Positions 38,125-51,670 of a stretch of DNA of 53,196 nt are shown here, piece after piece (the first letter of the stretch is position 1; the number at the start of each line of letters is the position of its first letter). The stretch comes from Trichinella spiralis (taxonomy: Eukaryota). A program made the translations under genes and the position numbers. The stretch is taken from positions 1,275,527 through 1,328,722 of the forward strand of contig NW_003526940.1 of the NCBI RefSeq assembly GCF_000181795.1, read 5' to 3'. A model generated the notes under the pieces. It searched no databases. It was not told the DNA's origin and worked only from the letters and a program-made list of their open reading frames with translations.

Positions 38125-40220
38125 TTCTCTCTGAATATTAAACCATTATAAAAATCTATTCCGATGAGTACATCAATTTTCGTTCTATGTCTCAGAAAGA
38201 TATTACCTAAGTTCAGTCCATGTAAGTGTTCTCAGTTAGCTGCTAATGGGTTCTCATCCACTGTTGTTATCCTCAGGAAGCAGAGCGCTTCTATGGAATA
38301 ACTGTCTTCTCATCCGTAGACTTTGTCTTTAAGCTAAAGTTTACGCAACGCAGCTTCTCATACTTACTGTGCGATTCTCCCAGTCTTAACAACATAAGTC
38401 GTTCCATTGTACGTTTCAACCATAACGACTCTGCTAGAGCTTTCCTAATAAGTCATCTTTGACAGCCGTTATCGACAGGGCTGGTTACGAAAAATTGATT
38501 CCCATTACCCGATTGTAGGATCGCTGATGCTGTCTGCAATAACTTTTCCTTCTCTGACGATGTTCTTCCCAAAAGCAATCAGTTGCTCGAAACGCCTTCT
38601 TCTTTCCCAGTTGATGACTTTAAAGGTAAAGTTTCATCTGTTCTGAAATTCTGCGTTTCCTTATCACTGTCTAACAGTTTGTGAGCATCTTCTGACAGCA
38701 CGGATAGTCATATCGCTTGGTTTCAGGGCACCTACTTCCCTTGTAGCCCTTGTGAAGGCAACGGAAACATAAGTTTTCCCTTGTTGCTATCTTCCAGCAA
38801 TCCTGCGTCCTCGCTCCTAAACGCTTGGGACAGTGAATTACTGGATGACGTTCTCGATACACAACGTAACTTTCGAATTATCTAGTCTTTGCATGAAGAG
38901 CAGCTACAGTAGGTAATCTATTTTGAGAAGGCTTCTTATGAAGGTGACGTTGGTTGATGGTTGATGATTATTCATACTGACGGACTCCGCCAGGCTTATT
39001 CCTTCATGTAGAAGAAATTGCAAGAAAGTTTCCAAGTTTGATGCTTTCGAAGGTTCGGAAAGAATATGAGCTTCTCACCTCTTGATAACAGCTTCATATC
39101 CTTGAATATCTCTAATAAGAATTCTGATGCAGTCAACTCTGGTGATGAATGGTTCTTCCTCAATGTTTCTAACGCTCTAATATGTAAGTCGACTTTATCA
39201 TATAATTTCCTCGACGTTTCCAGTGACGCATCATTGCAAGGCGTTGCATCTAACAATTTCCGGCTATGGGTCTGAATTATCAAACCTCTACGACCGAATC
39301 TTTAGAATCTCGATAGCTGCCGAATAATTTGCTGCTGTGACTGCCAAACCATCGATAGCGCTCAGCGCATTTCCAATGAAGCAAGATCGAAGATATGTGA
39401 ACGTGGTGGTATCTCAAAGCTCTGACTGTCGATGTATTTGATCTTTAAACCGCTCCCAACATGTTTCAAATTGCAAAACATCAAACTTTAAGTTCCCACT
39501 TAGGCAGGTTGATATGTTAAATTGCCCCACTATTTTGCGTTATATCACGGTAATTTTCGGTTGCTATATTCTTCTTCAGGTAATCTTCAGCGATGCTACG
39601 TGCCTTGGCTACATCAATCGCAAAAATGTGCCAGTCGATGGTATCGTCCACCGGTCTCCCGATCAGAAGGGAATCCTCATACTTCTCCACTAGTTGGCAC
39701 GCTTTGTCCCGTCAATTGATCAACTTGTCAATCAATTGATAAGGATTCAGAAGATCTAAGGGGTCACGTACCTACGTGAGTGAGGACAATTCCTCGCGAG
39801 CTCTCTCTAATTCTTTCATATGGCTGGAAAGACCAGTTCACATAGCAGCAATCTCATTTTGATAGTCTTCTAGTTTGACCGTTGTCTTTGACGATAACAT
39901 GCTTTGACGGTAACAATACTAAGTACGAATTAATATCGTCCACAAGTCGTGATAAGGACCGGCACACCTTTGTGCTAAAGATCTGGAAGTCTCAGTTCTT
40001 CCAATCTGACTCGGAGGACCAATGTTCTGGGCAGGTATATTCTTTCCTATTCAATAGCTATAATAACGTTCAAGTGGACTGTATAATTAACATGTGGTCG
40101 ACTCATTTTCAACGGCTAAGTTCTGTCGTCGGTTGTACAGCTCCCGCTTTGGATCCGCGTCGTCCACTCAACGACTTACAATCGGTAATCTCTGATGATA
40201 ATGTCCAGATTCTCTAATGA
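38125..40220 (-). mobile_element. Decayed BEL/Pao retrotransposon (LTR ~40220-40023, PBS, gag, protease)
   Basis: Minus strand ...GAACA|TTGGTCCTCCGAGTCAGAT (PBS 40022-40004). Gag-like YLRSCFIGNALSAIDGLAVTAANY, zinc knuckle ENLCFRCLHKGY, protease-like VDNGCQR. LTR far end approximate. Confidence 0.85.
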
Positions 40221-41298
40221 TTAATGAAAACTGTTTACTGTGATTGGTATTCCTTCAGGTCTTTCGAATATAAAGACCCATGAAAACCATCTGGAAAAAT
40301 AATACCAAAATTTTATTTTACTAGAAACAAAATGTTCAAACAACAGCACACAAAAAAAATACACCGACGACAACATTAAAGCCAACAATCACCATCACCT
40401 ACCTTCTAAAAATATGTATTCTTACTGTCGATTATTTATGCTCAGGTTTTATAGTTGGTTGGAATCTGTAATAGTATACATTATAATGTCAGAGTTAAGC
40501 ACTAAAATTTAAGTAATAAATTTTTGGAAAAATTTCTTAATTACACTTAATAATTACGGAATGTTATTACAGCATCTTGACCATATGTTCAATACTAAAA
40601 AATTCAATTGTGATTCAGTCAATCAGGATTCATCAGTAATGCCCCGCGTACAGATCAGTAATGGATTAAAAATTAGAGAATATTAATATGCTTAAAAAGA
40701 TACTGTGAGCCCTTTTTCGGTAATTTTATAAATTTTAATGAAAACTGAATTTAGTTAAATTGCTTTACTATTCTGTTACATATATTTATTTTTAACGAAA
40801 AATGAGAAATTTTTATACATTTCGTAAAATAAACACAAACAAAGAATTTATTATATTTGTTACTGAATTTTATTTTTGTTGTATCACCTAATTTATTTTT
40901 GTAACTTAGTAGATGATACTTTTCATTAACAATCCATGTTTTAATTCTATGGTAAAAATGAATAAAAATTAAAAAAATACTGGCCATTTAGAAGCAGTAA
41001 TATTTTGTGTTTTACATAAGTATGCTGAAACTTAACGTGATGTGCAATCGTTTTGGTTTAAATTTTACATGTTTAGTCTAGGATAATTAATCTATATGAT
41101 TTTTATTATTATCAATAATTAAAGCATTAATGGAAGTTTTGAAAAATTGATTTTATTGTACCCGTTATAATTTAGCTATGCTAATGTATTTGAGTATTAG
41201 AAAATATATTTTTGAAGTTAAGCCTACTTATCACATTTCTGTAATACATTATTTGTACCATAATTAACCAACAATTATATAAAGAGCAGTACTAAAAA

Positions 41299-44090
41299 AT
41301 GACAGTGATGAATATATGTAAATTTTCATCACTAATTGCTGTTGTAACTGGATTGTGAGTATCTATTTGTAATATTTTAACAATAATATTTAAATATGCT
41401 TACGAAGTGCAAATGTTTTCAAATTAATTTAATTACTGACCATTTTTATCCTTAACGTTTATGAGTATTAAGTTATTTTTTTAGTTAAATGAAACTCGTT
41501 TGTTAACTTTAGTGTATTTAAGAGATAAACATAAATACTGCTCATTGTATATTTTGCTTATGTTTTGTATTTCTAGTTTTTTGATTTGATTTTTAAAAGT
41601 CATATTTACTGTTTTTTATGCTAAAAGTTTTGTATTAATATTCAAAAAATGGTTGATTTAAATGAAATTTTATTTTTAAGCTATAAGTCAATAGAAGAAC
41701 AATTAAGAGACAAGTTTAATTGGAGGGAAGTTTTCATTGAAAAATTGAACATTCCGCGAGTTTCAACAGATCCGAAATGTTTATTGTTGTTGGCTCATTC
41801 CAGTGACAAGAAGACTGCAATATATGGAGTTCATCAATTAACAAAGTTGCACTTTCCAGGTTCCTTCTTTTCTGCAATGCTTGCATATATCAACATAAAA
41901 TTTATTATTTTCTTCCAGACTGGCTTTTGCTTCCACTTTTGCAGCAGTGCGATTCTTCAGTTTTGTCTGCGTTGATTTTGCTGCATTCGCCAACTGCAAA
42001 CTTAATTCGAACACCTCCTCCACGCAATATAATACCTGAAGTGAGTATGATTTATCACTAGAATTTAATTTTCATTTAAAATGCACTATAATTATTAGAA
42101 ATTATTTCAAAATATTTTATAGGGGGAATTACACAGTAGCATTCGTGAATATCTTGCAAGTTTGAGCAGGCATGGTGGGGACGTTTGCACCACGTTTTAC
42201 ACCGAACTTGCCCTTCACATGAAACATTTCCAGTCATCTTCTGAAGATGTAAGAGTTTAATTTAAAAAAAATTACACAAATTTCATTTTTAGGAGTTTTA
42301 TTCAGTATCATCTAATATTTCTTATAATTTAATCTATTGATGATATATATTAGATAAATTTTAACTTTTTATCATAGAACTATTTTAATTTTTATGATTT
42401 TTTAACAGGAACTGCTTGCTGGCATTGTTGATGCAGAGTATAAATTGGGAGATAAATTACCACACTTAAGAAAGTTTACAATGTATTTGGAAGCGCTGGC
42501 TGCACATTCTGCTGTATGTTTGTACGAGTTTTAAGCGCTTGAAAATATATAATTGTTTTATTATGTAGGATGTGACTACGTGCAAAGAAATGTCTCATCC
42601 AGATTTGCTTGGTCTTTTGTGGTCATGCTGGCACTGTACGCAATACTCGTCTGATGTGAAGATTAAAAGTCTCATATTGAAAACATTAGCTAACCTTGCT
42701 GCCTTCAATTTGTCGATTGGCGATGCGCTGATCAGAGCAGGTGAAAGTGTGCAATTGTTTTGAATGGTGTTTTTTAATTGAAAGGATTTTTTAAGGTTGG
42801 TCGAAAATTTTGAATGAATGTAAAAAGGACAGAAAAAGATTACAGCTTCAGCTGCTTGCAACGAAGACGTTGGAAAATTTGGCTCGACGTTTTCCTGATT
42901 CTCCAACATACGAGGATGGTATATATTTGTTAAAAGGATCCTGTTGGGATAGGTGAGAATATATTATTGATGTGTTTGTAATTTTTAAATGACAACGACA
43001 AATATTCGCTTTCAAAAGAGATCAATATGACGCGGATATTATTTTCGTACATGGCCTTCGAGGTGGCATGTTTCGAACATGGAGGCAAAAAGATTATACA
43101 AAAGAGAAAGATTCAATTTTGAATGAAATCAACATGAAAGCACCTCAAATCTACTGTTGGCCAAGAGTATGTATGGAAATTGCGTCTTGTTATTTTACTG
43201 AATTTTCTTTTCAGGATTGGCTTGCTGAAGATATCAACAAACCGGTGCGCATTTTAGGCATTGATTACGATTCTTATGTGAGTGACTGGAGCAGCAGATG
43301 TCCTGCGTTTTATGACAAGTTGTTTAAAGTAGTTTGAAATATTGATTTCATATATGAAAGATGCATCAATTTCAGGAACCTACTTCTATCTAGAAGTGAA
43401 AATTTTGCCGCGAAATTGAGAAAGGCTGGCGTCGGAGACAGACCAATAATTTGGATCACTCATTCAATGGGAGGTAATGATTTGGAGATGGTTTGATGAT
43501 ACAGTTAGTAGTAGTAGTAGTTGTTGTTGTTGTGTAAATTGTGCTTTTCAGGACTTTTGGTGAAAGAGCTTCTTCGGTCGATTGACAAAGAACAATGTTC
43601 CGAAACGCAGAGTGGAACAAAATCCATACTGTCCAACACGGTCGGTTGCGTTTTTTACGCCACACCTCATTTGGGTAGTTCGCTGGCGACTACATCGCAA
43701 AGTCGTATACTTCGACTTTTTCTTCTCCCTTCAACTGAAATCAACCTTCTCCAAGAAAGTAAATTTTACTAATTTTACAAAATTCAAAAATACAAATAAA
43801 ATCAGAGAAACACTGCTCTCTTAGATTCGCCATACCTGGTGGAATTGAATTTGGACTTTTTGAATATTTTGCAAAAGCAACAAATCGCCTGCTTATCGTT
43901 CTCGGAAACGCTGCCCAGTCGTTTGCCATTTACGGCGTTCAAAGTTTTGCTGGTTTCTGAAAATTCATCCCAAGCTATACCAGGTTCGAAATATCGATTG
44001 TTGGAATCCCATTTCAACGTCTGCAAGCCTCAGGATCGGCATGCGATTAGTTACAGAGCGTTAGTGGACTTCATTTCTGCAATAATTTAA
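41299..44090 (+). CDS. SERAC1: SERAC1-like alpha/beta-hydrolase (phosphatidylglycerol remodelling)
   Basis: Multi-exon. Motifs DIIFVHGLRGGMFRTWRQKD, CWPR/DWLAED, RILGIDY, LRKAGVGDRPIIWITHSMGG (nucleophile elbow), VFYATPHLGS, HFNVCKP. Stop at 44088-44090. Start exon 41299-41354 is tentative. Confidence 0.88.
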
Positions 44091-44202
44091 ACTGTTGTCT
44101 CATCTTAAACGAAGAATTTATTTATCTGCAGGTAGTAATGTTAAAATTACACATGTAAAATAAAGAAACAACTATTGGAGGAAATGACACGACCAACATC
44201 AA

Positions 44203-46747
44203 TCAATGCAAACTGATACTGAGAATTCGAATTTCATCGAATGGTTTATTGTTCTTTGGATTCGTCTTCACTTGGTTGATGTTTTGAACAATTTCCATTC
44301 CTTTGGTCACTCTTCCAAAGATTGTATGTTTTCCATCCAAGTGTGGCTTTAATTTGAAACAAAAAAACAAGTACAGAAAACAAAAAATAATTTTCCAGGA
44401 AATAACAATTTGCACTTACAGCTGGAACGACGGTGATGAAAAACTGAGATCCGTTGGTGTTTGGACCACAGTTGGCCATGCTCAACATGTAAGGGCGATC
44501 GTGTTTCAGAGATGGGTGAAATTCATCTTCAAAATCTGAACCCCAGATACTTTCACCACCTGACCCGCTTCCTACAGACAAACAACCAGTGTGACACATT
44601 AATTAATTAATTACAATGGACGCTGCGTAAATGATAAAATCTGCCTCACCAGTTGGATCGCCGGTCTGTATTATGAAACTTTTGATCACCCGGTGAAAAA
44701 TGTGCATATTGTAATAGCCTCTTTTGGCGAGAGTGCAAAAATTTTCAACCGCCTTCGGACATCTTTAAACAATTAATTAAATACAGACATTACAAAGAGA
44801 AGAAATTATGTTTCGTAACTTACAATTTTGGATACAGTTCGCATTGTATATCTCCAAAAGAAGTGTGAATAATGCACGATTCGTTCAAACTTTTCGACAA
44901 ATCCTTTTCCTTTAAAATAAATCAGTTGTAAGTTGTATTTTATTAATGATGAATAAAAACAGCACACCTCCATCGTGGTCGTGAGATCCTCTTGCCGTGG
45001 CTTCTCGTTGAAAACGTCTCGTTCATTTTCTTTCCCAGACGTATAGGGTTCCTGGTTGGTAAAAATGTAAAATCGGTACTTCTTGTACGCGGTTGCAATG
45101 AGCATCGGATCCGGTTCGGCTCTTTTCAAAATGGGATTTTCCGAAGCTTCCATTTCCATCGTTATCGACGAACTAGTGCCGGCTTTTTCCACAGCAGCAG
45201 CTGGCACTGCTCGGCACAATGCAATATTGAGAAAACGTAAATTTTCCGTCTTTCCTGTTCCAAACAAACAAATGAAAACAACAACAACAATTACAAGAAA
45301 TTAATACCAATTATTCGAATGCATCGATTGGTTTTCACGTTGATCACTTTGATACCGACCAATGTCGGTATGAGAATGAAATTGCCACTTTCGTCATACA
45401 GAACCTTCGTCAAACTCAACGTATCGAGATGCTGTTGTATATCTTTTTCCATAGCTATACGCCTGTTGTAATCCATCGTTGATAAACCGTATCGATCTGT
45501 CGCTTCCAAATAGTTTTTCACACTTTCGTCAATGACTTTGAATATTTTTCCCGTTTCGAATCTGTGATCAGAAGAAAATTTCTATTCTAAACACACTGCA
45601 TCATTTGAAAAATATTATTATTATTTACTTGAAAAAACGAAGCAGTCGATCCGTTGCATAAGTGACGAACTCTTTTCCGTCCGGAGTGAAAGTCAAGCAG
45701 AGTAGTTTGACTTTTGCTTTCGCAAATTCGTACAGGTCGGTATCAATTTTGAAATCCCAACCGACCGCATGTTTCGGAAACTGATAATCATGCCTGGGGC
45801 CGCTCCACAATTCCAAAATTGATTCACTATCTGCCGATATAGCGGAGTCGTACAAATAATTATACTGCAAACAGATTTGCAAATCACAATTACAACATCC
45901 GAACAAGCTTTCCCTTCCACCCCCCCCCCTACAAGCTCATACTTCGATCAATTGCACTTCTTTGTAATGTAACTTTAACTCGTGAATTGGCTCATTGGTA
46001 CCACGAGAGTCGTAAATGAAAATAGAAGGTGAATCACTCGCCGACACTGCCACGGCTGCAATCGGATCCGCTGCCGCGTGTACAAAACAGCACGTAGCTG
46101 GAACGTATTCGAATCGCATCATGTTGATCATATCAAAATTTGCCACATCAAATATTTTCAAAGATTTATCAGTGGAAATAGTGCACAACAACGTTCCATT
46201 CGAATTCACTGCCATGTGCTTGATCGCATCTACAATTATCACATTTGCAATGCAATTAGTGATTTATCATTCAAAAATTGAAAATGAAAAAATTTTACTT
46301 TGATGACAACGAAAATGTTTCACAAATTCAATGCCTTCGTTGTGTAGTTTCTTCCAAAATTTTACGTGGCCATCAGTACTTGCGGTAATTATAAAATCAG
46401 TTCTGAACAATTTTCAATATACAAACAAATTACAGCTCAAGAATAACTTAAAAATTAAAATTTTCCATTATTTTATACTTTTTACATAAACAAAACCTAC
46501 TTGGTGGCAATAACGTGAGTAATTGTATTGCGGTGCATGAAAGACTTTTCATAAGCTTCCGCAGATGGAATATTACGCAAATAGACATCTTCGAACTCAA
46601 GTGCTAAACAATTATGCATTAATCTAAAAATTAAAACAAACGCAAATGCAAACTTTTCCGCTGTTTTGCAGGTGGCGCTGATTCGCATTCACTCAACAAT
46701 GGACCACATTCTTCCCGTTCGCTTTCCTCTTCGCTAATTTTCATCAT
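44203..46747 (-). CDS. PPWD1: Peptidylprolyl isomerase domain and WD-repeat protein 1 (cyn-15 orthologue)
   Basis: [48 protein letters not shown]; cyclophilin domain [44 protein letters not shown]. Canonical short introns. Confidence 0.96.
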
Positions 46748-48006
46748 TCACATACGCTACAATTATCTTCAAAACAACAAAGTTCTATTTTAAGATCAAC
46801 ATTATAGTGTAGGTTAAAAAATAATCGCAATATACAATCAAAGCAAAATCGAATTCTGATTTTCAAAAAGCGTTCAACGCAAAAGTCTCTGTTGTGCAAC
46901 CATTTACTTTACGTCAAAACCAGTAAAACTTTAAAAGCTAAGAAAAGAATTCTTGCAAAATTTAACACTAATTTCTAATCATATTAAAGGATATAATAGT
47001 GGAAAATAAAATTGTACGTAAGTAAAATTAAAAAACGTCCAAAAAACTCACAAATCAAACTTTTTAAGCATCAATGATTTTGTCATGGATATACTGTATT
47101 TATTTGAACTTAATTTATAAACTTTATTACTGTATTGTTTATGCATTATAGTAGATGATTTTTTTGTTCAATATAAATAATATTATGCATATATTTATTT
47201 ATTATAATATATTTTTATCAATATAATATTTAAGAAGTGAAAACTTAGTACAAAATATGATTTTCATTCTTTGCATCATTACTGTCCGTTATATTACAAT
47301 TTGAAGTGTAGTGAAACTTATCAGAACTTAAAATTAAATTTTAAACAGAATTTTCATTTTAAATGTCGCAACATAGATAAATATTTCAATAAACAAAATA
47401 TTTCTGTGAAATTTTTATTTTAAAAATTGTTAAGATGTTTATCTTAAAAATGATAATAATTAATTTGGCAATAATTTTGCTAATCATTTATAAACTTTAA
47501 AAAAATTAAAAAATATTTTTCAATCGTTTACCGTATAAATACATAAGTGTTGCCGTAAACTATAAAGTGCAGATACTTTTTGTAGGTGGCTAAAATACTT
47601 TAGAATTATTTTTTGAACATGTCAAATTCCCACATTTAATACATTTGAATCTTTTTTATACATTCAGCTAATATTTACTGACAATGTTACAAAGTTTGTT
47701 ACAATTAGCTGCTTTAAATCTTGAATATTGTCATTTGAATATGGTTTTTTTATGACAGTTTTTGATTGTACATGTTGACTTACTGTATACGTTTATGAAT
47801 TCTTTCCAGAATTGCATTCAGAGTTAGATGATTGTTTTTAATTTTAATCTTATGGTTCAGTGCGTTTATTTTAATTTTTAGTTAAGCTGTTCATTTAATT
47901 AGTTAATTTATCTTTTTCAGATAATTATTGATTTCATCGCGTTTGCATTATTTGTTCCATTGTAAAGTTTCATTGACTGTCAGTTCTTCTGTCATTTCAC
48001 GATTTT
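46748..48006. promoter_or_regulatory. Divergent intergenic/promoter region between PPWD1 and PP2A-B55
   Basis: Head-to-head start codons 1.26 kb apart; very AT-rich. Confidence 0.5.
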
Positions 48007-51000
48007 ATGGCCTCTGACCTGTCAGGGTGTAGTTCTGAAACCAACGAAGACCAGCCTGGAGAAATACAGTGGTACTTTTCTCAAATCAAGGGCCAGATTG
48101 AAACTGAAGTTATTAATGAAGGTAATAAGTGAACTTTAATGTTATACGGTTATGTTCAAAAGTAAATATTTATATGTAGCATAATCACTACGAATAATTA
48201 CTTTAGTGTATTTGCTTTACTGTATAGAAAGATTAATTTTTAAAGATTTTGGAATTAATGAATGTTTATTTAGTTTTACCAACTGTAGTTACATTACAAT
48301 TTTTGACACAATTTTAAGTAAAGGGTTGAAAGTTTTCAGTTTTATTAATTTATTTTTCATAAAACGTTAATTTTGAAAAATATTTGGAAATGACTGTATG
48401 GTTTTATTCAGCTTTATTTGCATTTATAGAAAAAGTATTAAATTTTTGCTTACATTCTTCTTTTTTGATAAAACATTTCATTTTATTTGATAAAACAAAT
48501 TTTATTTATTATTTCTTTCAAAAGCATGTATTTGACTAATTAAAGATACCTATTATGAACCTGTGATAGACAATTGATGTATTTCACTTTATTATGAAAA
48601 TTAAGTATTAAAACTCGACACAGTCATTCTCTTGTACTATCTTATTCAAGTTTGTATCAGATATAGCCTCGTCGAAGTTGATGTTTTATTTGGTCATTTA
48701 TATATGCTTAAATTTCTTGATTGTTTTCGCCGTTTGCTTGATAAACATTTGTAAAAATGTCTGAAGGGTGTTAATTTTTTTTTGTTTTACATCTTTTTTT
48801 CAATATGCTTGATTGAACTTGTTTTCAGTTTTTCTTGTTCATTTAAATTTTTACTAATGCATGCATTTGAGGTTAATATAACGGTAAATTACAATTATGT
48901 TAAATTATTTCAAGGGTAAAAATATGAATTTTTTGGAATTGTATCGTGAATTTTTGTTTCTTTTTCGGAACATCTTAATTTGCAACAGGTTTTACAGGGC
49001 TGACTTCTGCTAAACTCTATTACTAATTTCCCACGCGATGTCATCATCGAAATGTAAAAAGAATTAGTGGTGACGGAATATCATCTGACGAGATGTTCGC
49101 TATTCTTATTTTTAACTGATTGATTTCTTAAAAGCAGTTCAATTTGCACTAATCATTTGTCGCTTACGCAGTTCATCAAAGATTGATTTGTACGCACTTT
49201 GCAGATAATGTTTGTTAGTTATTTTTTGATTTACAGTAATAACTGATGACACTCAAGTTTTATTTGCAGTTATTATTTTTTGTTTGAATTTTAGTTTGGT
49301 TATCATTTGAGCAATATTATTCATTGCTCTCTCGTAATTCACGGTATTTCATTCTGTTTTGAGGTATTTTTTGTGTCGAAACGTATACAACATAAGGAAA
49401 ATATATTTACCTTAGATTTTTTACTGTTTTTTGTCAGTGTCAGTGACAGTCAGTTTGTGATGGTTGATTCATTTTGGGAAAAAAGACTGTTTCGTGAATG
49501 TAAGCATTTAAATTATGATCATAATTCATGTTTGTATATTTATTTAGAGTGTATTTTTTGATATTTTTATGTTTTCAAAATTTACGTATTGTGAAATTTT
49601 TTCAGCCGATGTAATATCATGCGTTGAATTTAATCATGATGGTGAATTGCTGGCTACCGGTGATAAAGGCGGACGCATTGTAATATTTCAACGTGATCAA
49701 AGCGTGAGTAATTGCTGCTCTTATCTTGCTGACCTATTATTGATATTGCAACGTCAATTATTTAAATAAGAGAACAGGTTGTGTTTCTTAATTTGTGTAA
49801 TAGAAATTTTTTTTATTCTTACTAATTGAAGAAGAAAATTGGCATTCTTTTTTTAATGATATTGTCATTTAAATTTTTAAAAATAAAATGGAATAACTGC
49901 TTGAATGTTGAGCAGTTTAATTTTACACTTATAACTGTTATGAGGTTCGTTTGCAGAATAAAAGAGTATTATTAAATGATTTAAATTTGATAAGAGAAAT
50001 GGTTAATGGCTTATTATTTTTTTGAATGAAATATACGTTCGTGTGAATTTATGTTTTTTGATTAAATTGTTAAAATAAGAATGAAAAGTCGATTGATCGA
50101 TGATATAATACAATCGTTTTTTTCAATGTTGAAGTTGTTATCATTTGTTTTGTTGTTGGTAGAATAAGCTGGTGAATGGTCATCGAAGCCCTGAATACAA
50201 AGTGTTTAGCACATTCCAGAGTCATGAACCAGAATTTGATTATTTGAAATCTATAGAAATAGAAGAAAAAATAAATCGTATTCGATGGTTGAAAAGGAAA
50301 AACGTAGCTCATTTTCTACTTTCGACTAATGGTATGTTTTGTTAATTAAAAAAAATGTACGCTTATGTTGTTGCTTGAAAATTGATTTTTCTAGATAAAA
50401 CAATAAAATTATGGAAAGTGACTGAACGTGATAAGCGGGTTGATGGCGGTTGGAATTTGCACGACGAATACGGCACTCCCCGGGTATTGCCCAGAGATTC
50501 GAGTGCTCTGCATTTGCCGAAGTTGGTTCCAATGGAAATGGTGGTCGAAGCATCGCGCCGTCGTGTTTTCTCAAATGCCCATGCCTATCACATCAACAGC
50601 CTTTCAGTGAATTCAGATCAGGAGACATTTCTGTCGTCAGATGATTTGCGTATCAATCTGTGGCACATTGAAATCACTAATCAAAGTTTCAGTATGCATT
50701 TTTCTTTTTATTAATTAATTGTATGAGAAAGTGCAGAGGATGAACGTTTGTTCATTTGTGTCTGTATGTAGATATAGTTGATGCGAAGCCGGCTAATATG
50801 GAAGATTTAGCTGAAGTGATCACAGGAGCAACTTTTCATCCAGAGCACTGTAATCTTTTTGCCTACTCGAGCAGCAGAGGTACCATTCGCCTGTGCGATA
50901 TGCGCGATAGGGCATTGTGCGATCATCCAGCTTGTGGTACTTTTCCATTTTGATTTGCTTTTATGTTACCGAATTGTTCATTGTTTAATTCAGTGTTCGA

Positions 51001-51670
51001 AGAGCCGGAAGATACTAGTAGCAACACATTTTTCACGGAAATAATTGCTTCGGTATCAGATGTGAAATTTTCATATTGCGGCGATTATTTGCTCACAAGA
51101 GATTATCTCACTTTGAAAGTAAAATAGTTACTGTTGATGATTAAATTATGAAAATAAAGTATTAATTGTTGCCATTGATTTTCAGGTTTGGGATCTGAAA
51201 ATGCAAAACAGACCGTTGGAAACGTACGATGTTCACGATTACTTGCGTAGTCGTCTGTGTACCCTGTATGAAAACGATTGCATGTTCGACAAATTCGAGT
51301 GTTGTTGGAGTGGAGACAATAGGTGAGAAAATTAATTAAAAAATTAATTGAATGGTGATTAATTAATTAATTAATTAATTGTCAAACTTTCAGACATTTG
51401 CTGACTGGTGCCTATAATAATTTTTTTCGCACATTTAATCGCGAAAGCGGAACCGACATGACTTTGGAAGCGACCCCAGAATTGGCGCAATTTCACACGA
51501 TGCTTTCTCCGAAGAGGGTCTGCTATGGAAGCAAGCGAAGAAAGGATGAATTCACACCGGACGCATTGGATTATTCGAAAAAAATTCTCCACTGCGTCTG
51601 GCATCCACAGGATAACATTATTGCTGCAGCGGCAACCAACAATCTCTACATATTCAACGATTACAATTGA
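48007..51670 (+). CDS. sur-6: Serine/threonine phosphatase 2A 55-kDa regulatory subunit B (complete)
   Basis: Exons 48007-48121, 49606-49703, 50163-50331, 50395-50691, 50772-50936, 50994-51118, 51186-51322 and 51394-51670. Motifs [68 protein letters not shown]. Confidence 0.97.
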
